A DNA stretch of 64,000 nt from a virus. How positions within the stretch are numbered: position 1 is the stretch's first letter; every line of letters starts with the position of its first letter. Of the stretch, positions 10,682-21,697 are shown in pieces. The stretch is from IMG/VR virus record IMGVR_UViG_3300045988_010396, positions 1-64,000 of that record; one strand, 5' to 3'. Made by a program: the position numbers and the translations under genes. The notes under the pieces were generated by a model, which did not search any database, was not told the origin of the DNA, and saw nothing but the letters and a program-made list of their open reading frames with translations.

Positions 10682-12193
10682 TTATCCTTGCAGTATTGCA
10701 GGAATCAATGACAATGTTCTAGTTGGGTCAAGCACACAGACACCAAGTGTTGCCATCTTGTGTATAGTAGCACTATCCTCATCATAAGACATATGTGGGT
10801 TACCCATCTGCCCTGTGAATGGATTTCTTAGACCCCATTGATAACTTCTCAGTTCATTATCACCCTTAATCTTACACTTGAAGATATTGGGTTGGTCCAT
10901 AGAACCAATGTACCAGATGTCAAATCTGTATGACATTGCCACACCACCCATTGGGTGAAGAACCTTGTTTCTTACTGGGTCATCATAGAATGGGTCTACA
11001 TCAAGTCTTACCCTTACTCCATTAGGAGCCTTATACTCTACAAATTGGAAACCAGCAGATAGAGCATTACTGTGAAGCTTAGATTGAGTCTTCTCAACTA
11101 CCTTAGTTGAGTTGTTATCCATAACAAATGTAGTCCAACCACTAACTGTCTGGAGAACTGCCTTGTGGAATAGGATAGCACCTCTCTCACCTGTCTTGAT
11201 GACAAATAGTCTGTCATTCATACCAAGCTTAGCTGCACTCAGCTCATATAGGGCATCTTCAAGAAGCTTCAATGAGAAGTTGTTGTAATACATTACATTA
11301 GCTACCTCAGTCTGCTCAAAGATACCAGCACCTGTCTTGATAACATTACCAGACTTACCAAAGTTCATGTACTCACCATTGGCATTTCTGTTAGAAGTAC
11401 CAAAAGCCATTACATTGTTCTTGTATTCAGAGAATTGGCACTCAAGCTCCCAGTCTACATAGTGCATCCACATGTTAGCTGTGTCCTTAACCTGCTTACC
11501 ATCTACATTCCTTACCATAGGAATACCAAAGGCAAGCTTTTTACCCAGCTTATTACCCCATACCTTATGGTGGATTCTAATAGTAGACCACTCATTTCTC
11601 ATAGATACAGGAGTACTGAATCTGATGTCACCAACCTTTCTTGAACCCTCTCTTTCTACAGGAGCATACTCAATAGAGAATCTCTCTCCAGCTAGCAGTC
11701 TCTCAGCAGGAATACCCTGAGTAAGACCACCCATAGTCTCACACTTGTAGACTGCATTTGTACCCTCCATTCTAGCATCACCAAGGATTCTAATAGGATA
11801 TACTTGGTTCAGATTACCTACGATAACCTCGCCATCAGCAAACCAATCCTCTGGGAATACCAGATAGAAAGGTGATGTACCAATACCTACATTACCACTC
11901 TCCTCAGTAACTACTGTACCATTCTCATCTCTTGCCTCAACAAGAGGTATATTCCTTCTTGATGAGCCAATAACATCCCAGTAGTACTCGTCATCAGTCT
12001 CAAACTCTCTTACAGGGAACTGATTAAGGAATGTGTCCAGAGTCTTACCTCTATAGAAAGCCAGCAACTGAACCATAAGGTTAGTTGCCTTCTGAGGTTG
12101 CAACTGGAAGATTGAGCCAAGGTGGTTGTCACTTGTCAGACCCTTCCAATGCTGGAAGCCTAACATTTGAAATTTACCTAATTTACCAGCCAT
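10682..12193 (-). CDS. putative major capsid protein
   Basis: 503-aa ORF directly downstream of an acidic coiled-coil scaffold-like gene; positional inference only. Confidence 0.4.
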   Translation of the reverse strand: MAGKLGKFQMLGFQHWKGLTSDNHLGSIFQLQPQKATNLMVQLLAFYRGKTLDTFLNQFPVREFETDDEYYWDVIGSSRRNIPLVEARDENGTVVTEESGNVGIGTSPFYLVFPEDWFADGEVIVGNLNQVYPIRILGDARMEGTNAVYKCETMGGLTQGIPAERLLAGERFSIEYAPVEREGSRKVGDIRFSTPVSMRNEWSTIRIHHKVWGNKLGKKLAFGIPMVRNVDGKQVKDTANMWMHYVDWELECQFSEYKNNVMAFGTSNRNANGEYMNFGKSGNVIKTGAGIFEQTEVANVMYYNNFSLKLLEDALYELSAAKLGMNDRLFVIKTGERGAILFHKAVLQTVSGWTTFVMDNNSTKVVEKTQSKLHSNALSAGFQFVEYKAPNGVRVRLDVDPFYDDPVRNKVLHPMGGVAMSYRFDIWYIGSMDQPNIFKCKIKGDNELRSYQWGLRNPFTGQMGNPHMSYDEDSATIHKMATLGVCVLDPTRTLSLIPAILQG

Positions 12194-12229
12194 TTTGTTA
12201 AAACTTAATTTATTAGTTAATCATTTATA

Positions 12230-13441
12230 TCATACATCAAGTGACCAGCCTTGTCCTACATAAGACTCTGGGTCCTCTTGAACACCACCTACAAATTGTG
12301 GATTACCTTTAGGTCTATTGGTATTCCTTAGTGTATGTTCCAACTCTCTGAGACTGTTCTTGATTTCTTTCTTTACTTTGCCTTTGACAAGCATATCAAG
12401 GTTCTTGAAACCATCAGTAAGAGTAAAGATAACCCCCAGCTTCTTTCTGAACTCAACTGGGTTCTCTGTCTCATACTTCTGGATAGCTGTCAGATACTCA
12501 CCATCCTCAGTCTTATAGACTGGTTTGGCAATGTTATCATAAGCTTTTTGCCTTGTTGCCTTATCCATAGCGATACCCTCAAATATCTCCTTATCTTCAA
12601 GCATCTGCTTCTTGAGGTCTTGAGCTTCTTTCTTAACTCTTTTCTTCTCACTCTCAGCCTCTTCCTGACCTTCTTTAATAAGGTCATCATATTGCTTCTT
12701 GAAGTAGGACTTGTTACTCTCTAGGGCATCCTTAGCATCCTCTATGTCTGAGCCACTATCAAATGATTTCTTCACTTCTCTAGTTGCTCTCTCCTTTGAG
12801 AAGCCTCTGTTGATAAGGTCTTGGTATATCAGCTGCTTTCTAAGATTCTCACCTTTATCTGACTCATCCTTGATGGCATCCTCAGTAATCTTCTCAAGAT
12901 TACCTAAGACAGCTTCATACTGTCTTATCTCATCAGGTTCTAGTTCAGCATTAAGTGCAGCACTAATCCTCTTTTGTGTCTCATCAAGTCTGGCATTAAC
13001 CTGCTTGTCTATGGCTTCTGCCAAGTCCTCTGGAGACTTAATACCTTTAACAAACTCTTCATCAAGGTCAGGGAGGACACCATCTTCTACTAAGGCACTG
13101 GCAATGGAATAGTAGAAGTTAGAACTGGGAGAAGAACCATTATCCTTATTAGAGTCAGGTGTTCCTCCTTCCTTGTCTTTCTTATCTTCTTTATCCTCAC
13201 TACCTACGCTCTCTGGTCCAAATAAATCATCAGGATTTACTTCATCCTCAGTAGTTGGTTTATCTTTGTCTTCTCCAGCCTCCTCTTCACCTGGCTTATC
13301 TTCTCCAGCAGCAGGAGGTGTCTCTTGTGTTTCATCACTACCTTCAAAGAGGTCAAGTGTATCAATCTCTTCTCCAGATAGTATAAAGCTATCATTCAAA
13401 CCTTCCATATTTCTTCTCCTATTGGTTATTAAACTATGCAA
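12230..13441 (-). CDS. acidic coiled-coil protein, scaffolding-like
   Basis: 403 aa, extremely D/E/K-rich (EDKPGEEEAGEDKDKP..., KKQMLEDKEIFE...) and sits directly upstream of the capsid candidate. Confidence 0.4.
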   Translation of the reverse strand: MHSLITNRRRNMEGLNDSFILSGEEIDTLDLFEGSDETQETPPAAGEDKPGEEEAGEDKDKPTTEDEVNPDDLFGPESVGSEDKEDKKDKEGGTPDSNKDNGSSPSSNFYYSIASALVEDGVLPDLDEEFVKGIKSPEDLAEAIDKQVNARLDETQKRISAALNAELEPDEIRQYEAVLGNLEKITEDAIKDESDKGENLRKQLIYQDLINRGFSKERATREVKKSFDSGSDIEDAKDALESNKSYFKKQYDDLIKEGQEEAESEKKRVKKEAQDLKKQMLEDKEIFEGIAMDKATRQKAYDNIAKPVYKTEDGEYLTAIQKYETENPVEFRKKLGVIFTLTDGFKNLDMLVKGKVKKEIKNSLRELEHTLRNTNRPKGNPQFVGGVQEDPESYVGQGWSLDV

Positions 13442-13553
13442 AGTTATTAACTATTCCACAAGTAGGCAAGTACCTAATATAGATAGTTGGTAAACTATAA
13501 ATGAAATCCTTATTTACTGATACAAAAAGAGAGGTGTAATATCACTACTATAA

Positions 13554-13865
13554 TCAAGGGGTATTTGCCTTTTTGATACAATCATCTAAAGTCTTCTCCT
13601 CCCAGAATAACTCCTTAAAGCCTACAACCTTTTCTCCTCTAGGTATAATACCCTCTCTAACTAAATTATCAAAGGTAGCTCTGCTTACATTGAGCTTCTG
13701 ACATGCTTGATATTTACTTAGTCTTTTTGTCTTGTCTGTATATGATTTTATTACTTTGACTATTTCAATAGCCTCATCCTCTTTTATATTACTGTTACCA
13801 GCATCTATATCATCAATGATTTTCTTCAATAAATCTCTTATAATCTTTAGCATGTTTATTGACAA
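13554..13865 (-). CDS. small HTH DNA-binding protein (excisionase/MerR-like)
   Basis: C-terminal QACQKLNVSRATFDNLVREGIIP resembles a helix-turn-helix. Confidence 0.35.
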   Translation of the reverse strand: MSINMLKIIRDLLKKIIDDIDAGNSNIKEDEAIEIVKVIKSYTDKTKRLSKYQACQKLNVSRATFDNLVREGIIPRGEKVVGFKELFWEEKTLDDCIKKANTP

Positions 13866-14193
13866 GAATTAAAAGTATAATAAAACCAAAATATAAAGCA
13901 CTCACTCTGATTTGTTCCAAATGATTACCAAACCCTACATATCTCTGAATATAACTACACCATAATATACCAACAGTATGGAGACTTGAAATAATATGTA
14001 TTAAACAGAACTTAAATACTTTAGACCATACTAATATCATAATACTTACCATTGTAAGTACAGCCAGTTCGGCAAAGCAATAATGAAACCCACACTCAAG
14101 AAAAACTACATGTAGAAACATCAGAAATGCACATATTACAGGTATGTATTTAAGTAATAAAATACGCATCTTTTCAGCTCTACTTCTTTTCAT
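13813..14193 (-). CDS. small membrane protein
   Basis: 126 aa with several hydrophobic helices. Confidence 0.35.
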   Translation of the reverse strand: MKRSRAEKMRILLLKYIPVICAFLMFLHVVFLECGFHYCFAELAVLTMVSIMILVWSKVFKFCLIHIISSLHTVGILWCSYIQRYVGFGNHLEQIRVSALYFGFIILLILVNKHAKDYKRFIEENH

Positions 14194-14199
14194 AATATA

Positions 14200-14817
14200 T
14201 TATTTTATAGAATTATATAATTCAGTTAACTTAGCTATTTCTGGTGAATCTTTTGTATATCTAGTATAAGACAAGGCAGGCTTTCCTGTAGGAGTCTCAT
14301 AATTATTCAATGCTGCATTCTTAGCAGAAAAAGGCAGCATCATTATAGTACCTTTACCATAACTACCATCGAGCACCTTAGTTAAATCATCAAAAGTTTT
14401 TATTGTTTTGGAAGAAGTAGTTTTACCTAATTCTTTATTATTTCTATCTACTATAAAAACAAATGTATAAAGAACGTTAAGCCTACCACTTGCAAGGGCT
14501 ACATAATTTATAGCATCAAGATTAACTAATCTTATATGAGTAGTTCCTTTTATGCCTAATAATTCAATGAATCTTTTACGATTTTGTACAAAAGTAACGT
14601 TACTTAGACCTATTCCTCCTATATCTTCATTTAAGGATATATTATCACTTAAGTATGAAGCAATAGATATTGGGTAAAAAATAAAGGTACAATCTATATT
14701 ACTACCATAATTATTACTAATAGTAAAATAATGAAACCCAGAAATAAAGAAAGATAATGATTCTCTTACATTTGTTTTAGTGTTTGTTGCGTCTGAAAAA
14801 AAAAAATTGTAGCCCAT
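14200..14817 (-). CDS. hypothetical protein
   Basis: 205-aa ORF. Confidence 0.4.
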   Translation of the reverse strand: MGYNFFFSDATNTKTNVRESLSFFISGFHYFTISNNYGSNIDCTFIFYPISIASYLSDNISLNEDIGGIGLSNVTFVQNRKRFIELLGIKGTTHIRLVNLDAINYVALASGRLNVLYTFVFIVDRNNKELGKTTSSKTIKTFDDLTKVLDGSYGKGTIMMLPFSAKNAALNNYETPTGKPALSYTRYTKDSPEIAKLTELYNSIK

Positions 14818-15167
14818 GCACTATCCCCAATATCAAAATTATCATTACTCTTTTCAAACTCAGCAGAATTCAATATAGTACAATAAGTCATTGTAGTTCC
14901 ATTAGGATTGAAATTGTTTACTATGCATTTACATTTACAAGGAAAAGGATTAAAAAAGCAGAAATTACACTGTTTATCCCCCTCCCTCTTTATATTAACA
15001 GAATAGCCATTAATATCATATTTGATAACTTCTACACCTAACACATCATCTCCTAACCAAGTTGTTGCATCTGACTCCTGTGATACAGAGCTAACTCTCT
15101 TTTTCTGTATATTAGTAAGCTTACTTGTATCTCCTGTATAAGTAAGTTCTCTCTTAAATTTGCCCAT
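14766..15167 (-). CDS. hypothetical protein (Cys-rich C-terminus)
   Basis: 133-aa ORF with a CNFCFFNPFPCKCKC cluster. Confidence 0.35.
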   Translation of the reverse strand: MGKFKRELTYTGDTSKLTNIQKKRVSSVSQESDATTWLGDDVLGVEVIKYDINGYSVNIKREGDKQCNFCFFNPFPCKCKCIVNNFNPNGTTMTYCTILNSAEFEKSNDNFDIGDSAWATIFFFQTQQTLKQM

Positions 15168-15234
15168 AATTTTAAGTTTTATATATTAAACAATAATTAT
15201 CAAGTGATTAAGGTCTCCTTCTACTACTCTAAAG

Positions 15235-15597
15235 TTAAGTACCCTTTTCATTCTGTGCTTTTAATAAATTCTGTGATTTTAATAAATCAATATTAGTCTG
15301 TCTTAGTCTACAAGTAAGGTCTTTACAGGTCAATAACATAAGTTCAGATACCTGTTTTCTCAATTCCTTTATCTCACTTTCCAACTCATCATTTCTTTTC
15401 AGAAGACTATTAAGCCTCTCTTTATTGTCATCAGAAAGCTGCTTGTAGAATTCTAAAGACTCCTTCATATTATGTATGACATTCTCATCTACTTCACTAT
15501 TATATTTCTTTCTAGTGAATAAATAAGACAGCCAACCACTAGTTATGGAAGTGACTAATCCTATCACTCCTGTAATTATAACCCCTAAATCAATCAT
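15235..15597 (-). CDS. membrane-anchored coiled-coil protein
   Basis: N-terminal TM helix followed by a charged coiled coil. Confidence 0.4.
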   Translation of the reverse strand: MIDLGVIITGVIGLVTSITSGWLSYLFTRKKYNSEVDENVIHNMKESLEFYKQLSDDNKERLNSLLKRNDELESEIKELRKQVSELMLLTCKDLTCRLRQTNIDLLKSQNLLKAQNEKGT

Positions 15598-16232
15598 TTG
15601 TAAAACTCAATAAATCTGTTATTACTCTCTTTTATATAAGGGTTCTTCTCCACCACATTAACTTCCATTACCCAATGTTTCCTTTGAAACCACCTACTGA
15701 TAAAGAACTTCTTAGGAGGATTTATTGTTTCTTTCTTTCTACTTACAACTATATATTTCTCACTAATGAATGAAGGCTCTGTAATAATTCTGTTTGGGTA
15801 TTCCAAGTCTAGCTTCATAGAATACCATCTATCTTCTATAACAGTATCTATTTTTATATTCTCTATAAATATAGTATCATTGAAGATTATAGTATCTCTC
15901 TTTTCTATTACAGAATTTATATAACTTAGTGATTTCAGCTTACTATCCTTTATCTTCAACTCCTTCCTGACTTTATTCATCTCATTAAGGATAGAATCAT
16001 TGAAATAATTAAGCTGGTCTATTGTAAGCTTTAAGACTCTATTTGATGTATTCAAAGAGTCTCTCATACCAAGAAGTATCTTTTGATTATTAGCTGTTAT
16101 AGATATTTCTTCATTAAGTTTTATACATTTCCTGCTTAATCCTATAGAACATATAATACCTAATAAAGCAATAATCCCTAGTATCTGTGTGCTTAGTTTC
16201 ATTGTTTTGCAAAGATATATAAAATAAATCAC
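15594..16232 (-). CDS. membrane-anchored hypothetical protein
   Basis: 212 aa with an N-terminal TM segment (ILGIIALLGIICSIGL). Confidence 0.4.
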   Translation of the reverse strand: MIYFIYLCKTMKLSTQILGIIALLGIICSIGLSRKCIKLNEEISITANNQKILLGMRDSLNTSNRVLKLTIDQLNYFNDSILNEMNKVRKELKIKDSKLKSLSYINSVIEKRDTIIFNDTIFIENIKIDTVIEDRWYSMKLDLEYPNRIITEPSFISEKYIVVSRKKETINPPKKFFISRWFQRKHWVMEVNVVEKNPYIKESNNRFIEFYK

Positions 16233-16268
16233 TCATGCAATAGCATAAGTTGTTTAATTATGATGTGC

Positions 16269-16865
16269 TTATAAGAAATCCACAAATGTAAATTCCTCAT
16301 CATTGAACTTATGTGGCCTCTTATATAACCTGTCCCACAGCCATGGGATAGGAAGATAGGTATGCCAGCTTCTACCGTCAAGAGGAAGAAAACCTTGAAT
16401 ACCTCCACTATATTCTTTATCTGCATATTGTATTTTGATATAATCTACTTTAGTACTTACTTTAGTGGCATATTTTGTGCATATACTACCATATATAATA
16501 TTATCAAAATGCAATCTCCAAGAAGTTACTTTAGCACTGAATTTTTCTACATCCTTACATACTCCTTCATATGTTATGCATACCTCACACCTATCCTTAA
16601 ATTCATTTATTTGATTAAGTATTGATGCAGCACTTCTTTTTGATTTCCATAACCCATGAGCACAGACATACAGATGCCTTCTTTTATCCCATCTTATTCT
16701 AATATCAAAAGACCTGCAACCAGCATCATACTGCTGTTTTATAGTTTTACTTTGTGTCTTGGCAAAAGGTATTACCAACAAAGAAATCAAGCCGTGAGAG
16801 GCTTCTCCTGTGGCACTATCATGTGTCGCAATTTTTAACTTACTCATACAAGAAGAACATAACAA
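16269..16865 (-). CDS. hypothetical protein
   Basis: 198-aa ORF. Confidence 0.4.
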   Translation of the reverse strand: MLCSSCMSKLKIATHDSATGEASHGLISLLVIPFAKTQSKTIKQQYDAGCRSFDIRIRWDKRRHLYVCAHGLWKSKRSAASILNQINEFKDRCEVCITYEGVCKDVEKFSAKVTSWRLHFDNIIYGSICTKYATKVSTKVDYIKIQYADKEYSGGIQGFLPLDGRSWHTYLPIPWLWDRLYKRPHKFNDEEFTFVDFL

Positions 16866-17149
16866 ATATAACCAATAGTATTAACTATTGCAGGTACAAA
16901 CCCACCTAAAGTTGTAGCAATAACATCATCCCAATCAACAACTTCATCAATATTCTCTTTAACTACTCCACTAATGAATGCAACTACAGCACCTACAGCA
17001 GACATAATAACAAACATCAATATAGCTCCACCAGCAGTCATTGCAAAAATATTAGTAACTGCAAATGAAATATTAGTACCTACATTAAAATGAACAAGTA
17101 GGTTACTTCTTTTCATAAGTCTATTGAAGAAATCTCTAATCTTTTTCAT
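16844..17149 (-). CDS. small membrane protein (2-3 TM), holin-like topology
   Basis: 101 aa, hydrophobic helices AVTNIFAMTAGGAILMFVIMSAVGAVVAFI. Confidence 0.35.
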   Translation of the reverse strand: MKKIRDFFNRLMKRSNLLVHFNVGTNISFAVTNIFAMTAGGAILMFVIMSAVGAVVAFISGVVKENIDEVVDWDDVIATTLGGFVPAIVNTIGYICYVLLV

Positions 17150-17157
17150 AACTTCAT

Positions 17158-19038
17158 TTATTTAGTTACAACTTTCTCAGTATCATTAATGAATATTCTC
17201 CATCCTTTGGCATTAGCAGCAGTAACTTGAGCATCTGTAATAGAAGTCCATGTAGAAGGACAATGCAATTCAGCAGTTCTAACCTCGCTAATAGCATGTT
17301 CATCATCACTGCTTGTTACAGTCAAGTCACTAAGGTTGTCTATAAGGTACTTTACACTATCTACATCTAAAGCAGAAAGATTGCCATGAACAACACCATT
17401 AATTGCTTTCTCATCAAACCTCCAAGAGCCATGATTAAGATTCTTTAATCTTAAATCAGTAAGAGCAGTACAACCTCCAAAGATAAGACTAGCATTAGCA
17501 GGCTCTAAATATCTAAAGTCAAGTATTGGACCAATCTTAGTAAGAGCCTTACATTGATTGAATGTTTGAGGAGAATAATTAGTAAATGTCAAATGATTAG
17601 TTGCAGCATCTCTTGTAGCACCATACTGAGGAAGTTCAGGAAGCCTGTAACAATACTCAAAAGCAAAACCAGCATTTGAACATGGAACTTTATATGTTAC
17701 AACAGTGACGACTCCACTCGCATCAGTACTATTAAAACTAGTATTACCGTCTCTCCAATTGATAACAGGGAGTTTAAGAAGATTATAACAAGACTCAAAA
17801 GCACCACTAATGTCTTGTGACCTTGCAACATTCTCAAATTCAACTTCTCTAAGATTAGTTGCTCTATAAAATATCTCATGCAGGGAAGTAACAAAACCAG
17901 TATTTATAATAACTTTCTCAATGTTACTATCAGCAAATTCAGCAACACCAGCTATGTTTAATTCATCATAATTAATAGTTACTGTACCATCAATATCAGA
18001 ACCATTGAATAAACCTTTAGTTCTATTAGATGTTTGATTAAATACACCATCGACTGTATGAGCAGCATACCATTTCTTTACTTTAGCAGCAACTTCTTTA
18101 TTATTAAGAATGCCATTAAATCTTTGAAAAGTAACAGTACCATCAGCAGCCTTACTATAGAAGTCAGCATCTTTATATACATCAAGTGTAGGAACTTTCT
18201 TTGTTCCATCAAGACCTTTGAAAGACTTGACTACTTGTTTAGACTTAGGATAACTGACAGGAGCATCAATAAGACCATAAGCATCCCAAGCATTCTCTTT
18301 AGTTTTGTTCTCATGGTAAAGAACATCACTTCCATGATATACAGTCCAACATCTTATAGTAGAAGGGTCAACAGGTTTGTCAACTTCCTTTGTATGAATA
18401 CTAAGACCGTGTACATTTGCATATACATTGGTAAGAAGCTTTCTAATACCCTCAATGGTTCTTTGAGCAGCAAGAGGAGTAATTACACATGCTGTATGAT
18501 ATTTGCTTACTTTATGTATAACAATAGTTCTTTTATCATCACTAATATCACATCCACCAGTAACAGCTGGTTCAAATGTAGCATTATCAAATCTATCATC
18601 TAAGAATGTAATTGTGATAGGATTATCTCCTAAATCAATTTCTTGTGAAGTATTACTATATATAGCTACTCCAATTTTCCATTCATCAGTTGTCCAACCA
18701 TTAGCAGGAAACTTAGTATTCATACCTTTGGTTATGTTCTTGTTATAACCGTCTTGAACATAACCCCAATATCTTGCTCCATCATTTACATCTTTAAGAG
18801 CACCACCAGTAACACCTAAATCCCAAGGCCACAAATATCTATTATTACTATGTTGAGGAGCAAGCCAAAGACCATGAACATAATAGCCTCCAGCATCAGC
18901 AGCATACTTAAGATAACTCCATAAAGCATCTCCATGCTTCCCCGTAATAGGAGAAGCAAAGAGAAGCTTATTAACAGAATTATCACCAATATGTATTTTA
19001 TTCACATTATCCATTGATATAGTATATTGTGTTAGCAT
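17158..19038 (-). CDS. tail protein with BspA-like leucine-rich repeat domain
   Basis: 626 aa; C-terminal repeats match the F..C..L..I.LP / I...AF..C..L pattern (FESCYNLLKLPV, FEYCYRLPELP, FNQCKALTKIGP, FGGCTALTDLRL). Confidence 0.5.
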   Translation of the reverse strand: MLTQYTISMDNVNKIHIGDNSVNKLLFASPITGKHGDALWSYLKYAADAGGYYVHGLWLAPQHSNNRYLWPWDLGVTGGALKDVNDGARYWGYVQDGYNKNITKGMNTKFPANGWTTDEWKIGVAIYSNTSQEIDLGDNPITITFLDDRFDNATFEPAVTGGCDISDDKRTIVIHKVSKYHTACVITPLAAQRTIEGIRKLLTNVYANVHGLSIHTKEVDKPVDPSTIRCWTVYHGSDVLYHENKTKENAWDAYGLIDAPVSYPKSKQVVKSFKGLDGTKKVPTLDVYKDADFYSKAADGTVTFQRFNGILNNKEVAAKVKKWYAAHTVDGVFNQTSNRTKGLFNGSDIDGTVTINYDELNIAGVAEFADSNIEKVIINTGFVTSLHEIFYRATNLREVEFENVARSQDISGAFESCYNLLKLPVINWRDGNTSFNSTDASGVVTVVTYKVPCSNAGFAFEYCYRLPELPQYGATRDAATNHLTFTNYSPQTFNQCKALTKIGPILDFRYLEPANASLIFGGCTALTDLRLKNLNHGSWRFDEKAINGVVHGNLSALDVDSVKYLIDNLSDLTVTSSDDEHAISEVRTAELHCPSTWTSITDAQVTAANAKGWRIFINDTEKVVTK

Positions 19039-20392
19039 CTTTAGTTGTCAAAGCATTATAAGCAGCCTGTGTAATAAAAACAGTCTTAGGCATTGCATTG
19101 ACTTTACCTCTTAAATTAACAAAATCAATCTGAGTAGATTCAAGAGAACTATGTAAATCAGCAATATTATTATCGATAATAGTAACTTTACCATAAACAT
19201 ATTTAGTAATGGCTTGGTTCTCTACACCATTGGTAGAAGTAGTACTTACTGCATCATCTAAAACAACTTTAGGAATTTTAGTTGTAATGTCTTGAAGAGT
19301 ACCATCTGTAGCATAGTACCAATTAGGACCCATTTGCCCACCAACAGCTTGGTCAATTTCAGCAATTAAATATCCAGAGCCAGTGTCACCTGTATTACCA
19401 TGTTTAACAATAAGTCCAGCTACTTTAGCTTTTTCTTGATAACCATTACTATCTAATTTCTGATACTCACTCTTTAAGTCAGGAATATCACTAGCATAAA
19501 TTTTTCTAAGATGAAGATTACCTTGAGTTGTAGCAGGACCAGCAACAAATTGACCTGGAACGGTACTAGCAATATCAATAGTAAATGCTCTTTCTTTAGT
19601 AGCATATTTACTACTTAAATCGGGAAGGTCAGTAATATCAATAGCTCTAAAAGTAGGGTCTCCAGCAGCATATTTAGGAGTTGCATAGAAAAGATTTTTA
19701 TTACCATAGTTTATATTACGAATTTGAATAGCATCTCCAGGAAGAGCATCAATAATAGTTCCATCAAAAGTATATGTTAGTGGAAGACTATCTATAATAT
19801 TTGTTATTTTTGTATAAGTATAATCCCAACCTAATGGAGCAGGATAATATAAAACAAGTTTATGTGTAGTTTCATCAATAGTATAATATATACTACTTTG
19901 TCCATTATATGTATTATCTCTGACTACTGTTGTTATTTCATGTGTACTACCAACACTAATTTCTATTGTTATATTAAAAGTTTTATGATACCTGTTAATA
20001 ATTGTACAATCTACCCTCCCTGTACAATAAATTTTATCAGGAATATCTATTATTAGTATTTTAATTACTTTATTATCTTCTTGTGTTGTAGCACTCTTTG
20101 CTCCCCTAATATCAATCTTTTTATTCAAACCAATATTAACAGTATCTACAGTAGCATAAGCAGATAAATCAGCATCAGCCTTGAATACTCTCCATTTACC
20201 AGTAACAGTATCAACACTATTAGAAGACTTAAACTGATATGTGTTTCCATCCTCTGCACAGTAAGACAAATGTCCATCGTCAATACTTGTCTCTGGAAAA
20301 GCCTTCATAGCAGCTTTTGTAGCAAATCTATCTCTTTCAAAGTTTGGCTGTTCTCCTTGAAAGGTAAAATTTGAACCTATTTTTATAGCCAT
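19007..20392 (-). CDS. tail fibre / receptor-binding protein, paralog 1
   Basis: N-terminal 75 aa nearly identical to the 20405..21676 product (MAIKIG.N..F.G..PNFERD.F.TKAAMKAF...DDGHLSYC.EDGN.YQ.KS.N.VDT.TG.WR.FK.D). Confidence 0.55.
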   Translation of the reverse strand: MAIKIGSNFTFQGEQPNFERDRFATKAAMKAFPETSIDDGHLSYCAEDGNTYQFKSSNSVDTVTGKWRVFKADADLSAYATVDTVNIGLNKKIDIRGAKSATTQEDNKVIKILIIDIPDKIYCTGRVDCTIINRYHKTFNITIEISVGSTHEITTVVRDNTYNGQSSIYYTIDETTHKLVLYYPAPLGWDYTYTKITNIIDSLPLTYTFDGTIIDALPGDAIQIRNINYGNKNLFYATPKYAAGDPTFRAIDITDLPDLSSKYATKERAFTIDIASTVPGQFVAGPATTQGNLHLRKIYASDIPDLKSEYQKLDSNGYQEKAKVAGLIVKHGNTGDTGSGYLIAEIDQAVGGQMGPNWYYATDGTLQDITTKIPKVVLDDAVSTTSTNGVENQAITKYVYGKVTIIDNNIADLHSSLESTQIDFVNLRGKVNAMPKTVFITQAAYNALTTKDANTIYYING

Positions 20393-20404
20393 AGCTTATT
20401 CAAT

Positions 20405-21676
20405 TTAAGAAATCGTTTGTTTCATATCAGTAATAGTTGCAGCATTTGTTAAAAGATATACATAATACAATTCACCATTTACATTAAGTTCACTTCTAGT
20501 ATAAGAAGCAAGATAGTCAAATCCATTAGCATCCTTAATGCCTGTAGCAGCACCGAAAGCCTTAGGATATGCAATACATGCTTTTTGGTTATTAAGGTTG
20601 AATGTTCTTGTACCACCCTTTCCACTTCTTAATGTCTCTGTGAGAGCCTTTATGTTAGCTTCTGTAACAGTAAAGTTTGCTGCAACTGCACCATCATAAG
20701 ATGGATTAACAAAAGTAATAGTAGCTGAACCTTGAGCAGTTCTATCTTCTTTACTAACTCTAACATTATATGTTGTAGTAGCTGTTGCTGTGTCTGAATA
20801 AACATATGGTGTTGTACCATGACGCTCAGCCCCATTAATCATAATCTCATCAGCATCTACATTATCATCTCCTATCTTTGGAGTAATTGTAACTTTGACA
20901 GGCTGTGATGTTCCTTTCTTAGCCAGTGTCTTGTCAAGACTAACTTTAACAGTAAATGGGAATGCCTTGTCCATCAACTTCTTCACATCAGCACTTATAG
21001 CATCAGTTGTGGTTGTAGTAGCATAAGCAGACAAATCAGTAACACCGCTCAGATTATCCCAAGCAGTACCATTCCAAGCAACATTATCTCCAGCCTTAAT
21101 ACCATGCTCTGCATTAGCATTAGTTATATTCCAAACATCACCTGTAACAACACCAGTAGTAGGAAGGTCAGCATAATTAGTCTTAGTACCCTTAAACTTA
21201 TATATGTTAGTTATATCAGTCTTTTTAGCATAAGTAGTATTAGCATCATCTTTCCTTAAATAAGTACTAGCAGCAACGGTATCATCAAGTTTAAGATTTA
21301 TTTCTTCAACAAGTAGATAAACATCATTATTATAAGAATCCATAGTAACAAAGTCCTTTAACCGAGTTTTATCTGCTTTAAGTTGAAGAGCATCAAATAC
21401 AGCCTTATTCTGAATAGGATTTTTAGAAGTACCATTAAGTGCAGCATCTACAACAATATCAGTCTTGAATATTCTCCATCTGCCAGTAGTAGTATCAACA
21501 GTATTAGCAGACTTATATTGATAAATATTACCATCTTCCTTACAATAAGAAAGGTGACCATCATCAATACTATTTTCATCAAAGGCTTTCATAGCAGCCT
21601 TAGTCTCGAAACTGTCTCTCTCAAAGTTAGGTAACTTACCGTTATAGGCAAGGTTTGCGCCAATTTTTATAGCCAT
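20405..21676 (-). CDS. tail fibre / receptor-binding protein, paralog 2
   Basis: N-terminus shared with paralog 1; C-terminal Ig-like segment and tail shared with 21698..23209 (TFNLNNQK.CIAYPK.FGAA..IKD.N.FDYLASY). Confidence 0.55.
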   Translation of the reverse strand: MAIKIGANLAYNGKLPNFERDSFETKAAMKAFDENSIDDGHLSYCKEDGNIYQYKSANTVDTTTGRWRIFKTDIVVDAALNGTSKNPIQNKAVFDALQLKADKTRLKDFVTMDSYNNDVYLLVEEINLKLDDTVAASTYLRKDDANTTYAKKTDITNIYKFKGTKTNYADLPTTGVVTGDVWNITNANAEHGIKAGDNVAWNGTAWDNLSGVTDLSAYATTTTTDAISADVKKLMDKAFPFTVKVSLDKTLAKKGTSQPVKVTITPKIGDDNVDADEIMINGAERHGTTPYVYSDTATATTTYNVRVSKEDRTAQGSATITFVNPSYDGAVAANFTVTEANIKALTETLRSGKGGTRTFNLNNQKACIAYPKAFGAATGIKDANGFDYLASYTRSELNVNGELYYVYLLTNAATITDMKQTIS

Positions 21677-21697
21677 AATGTTATAATTATTTAGTTG

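Noticed and set aside
18034-18748. Plus-strand ORFs antisense to the LRR tail gene (18034..18603, 18503..18748), and similar antisense ORFs elsewhere (e.g. 6898..7167, 10260..10634, 12335..13112, 21695..22219)
   Set aside because: Fully embedded in longer co-directional operon genes on the other strand; hydrophobic low-complexity translations; no independent start context.
20650-20835. 61-aa Q/L-rich ORF inside tail-fibre paralog 2
   Set aside because: Alternative frame of a repetitive Thr/Ala/Val-coding stretch, fully inside a longer gene on the same strand.
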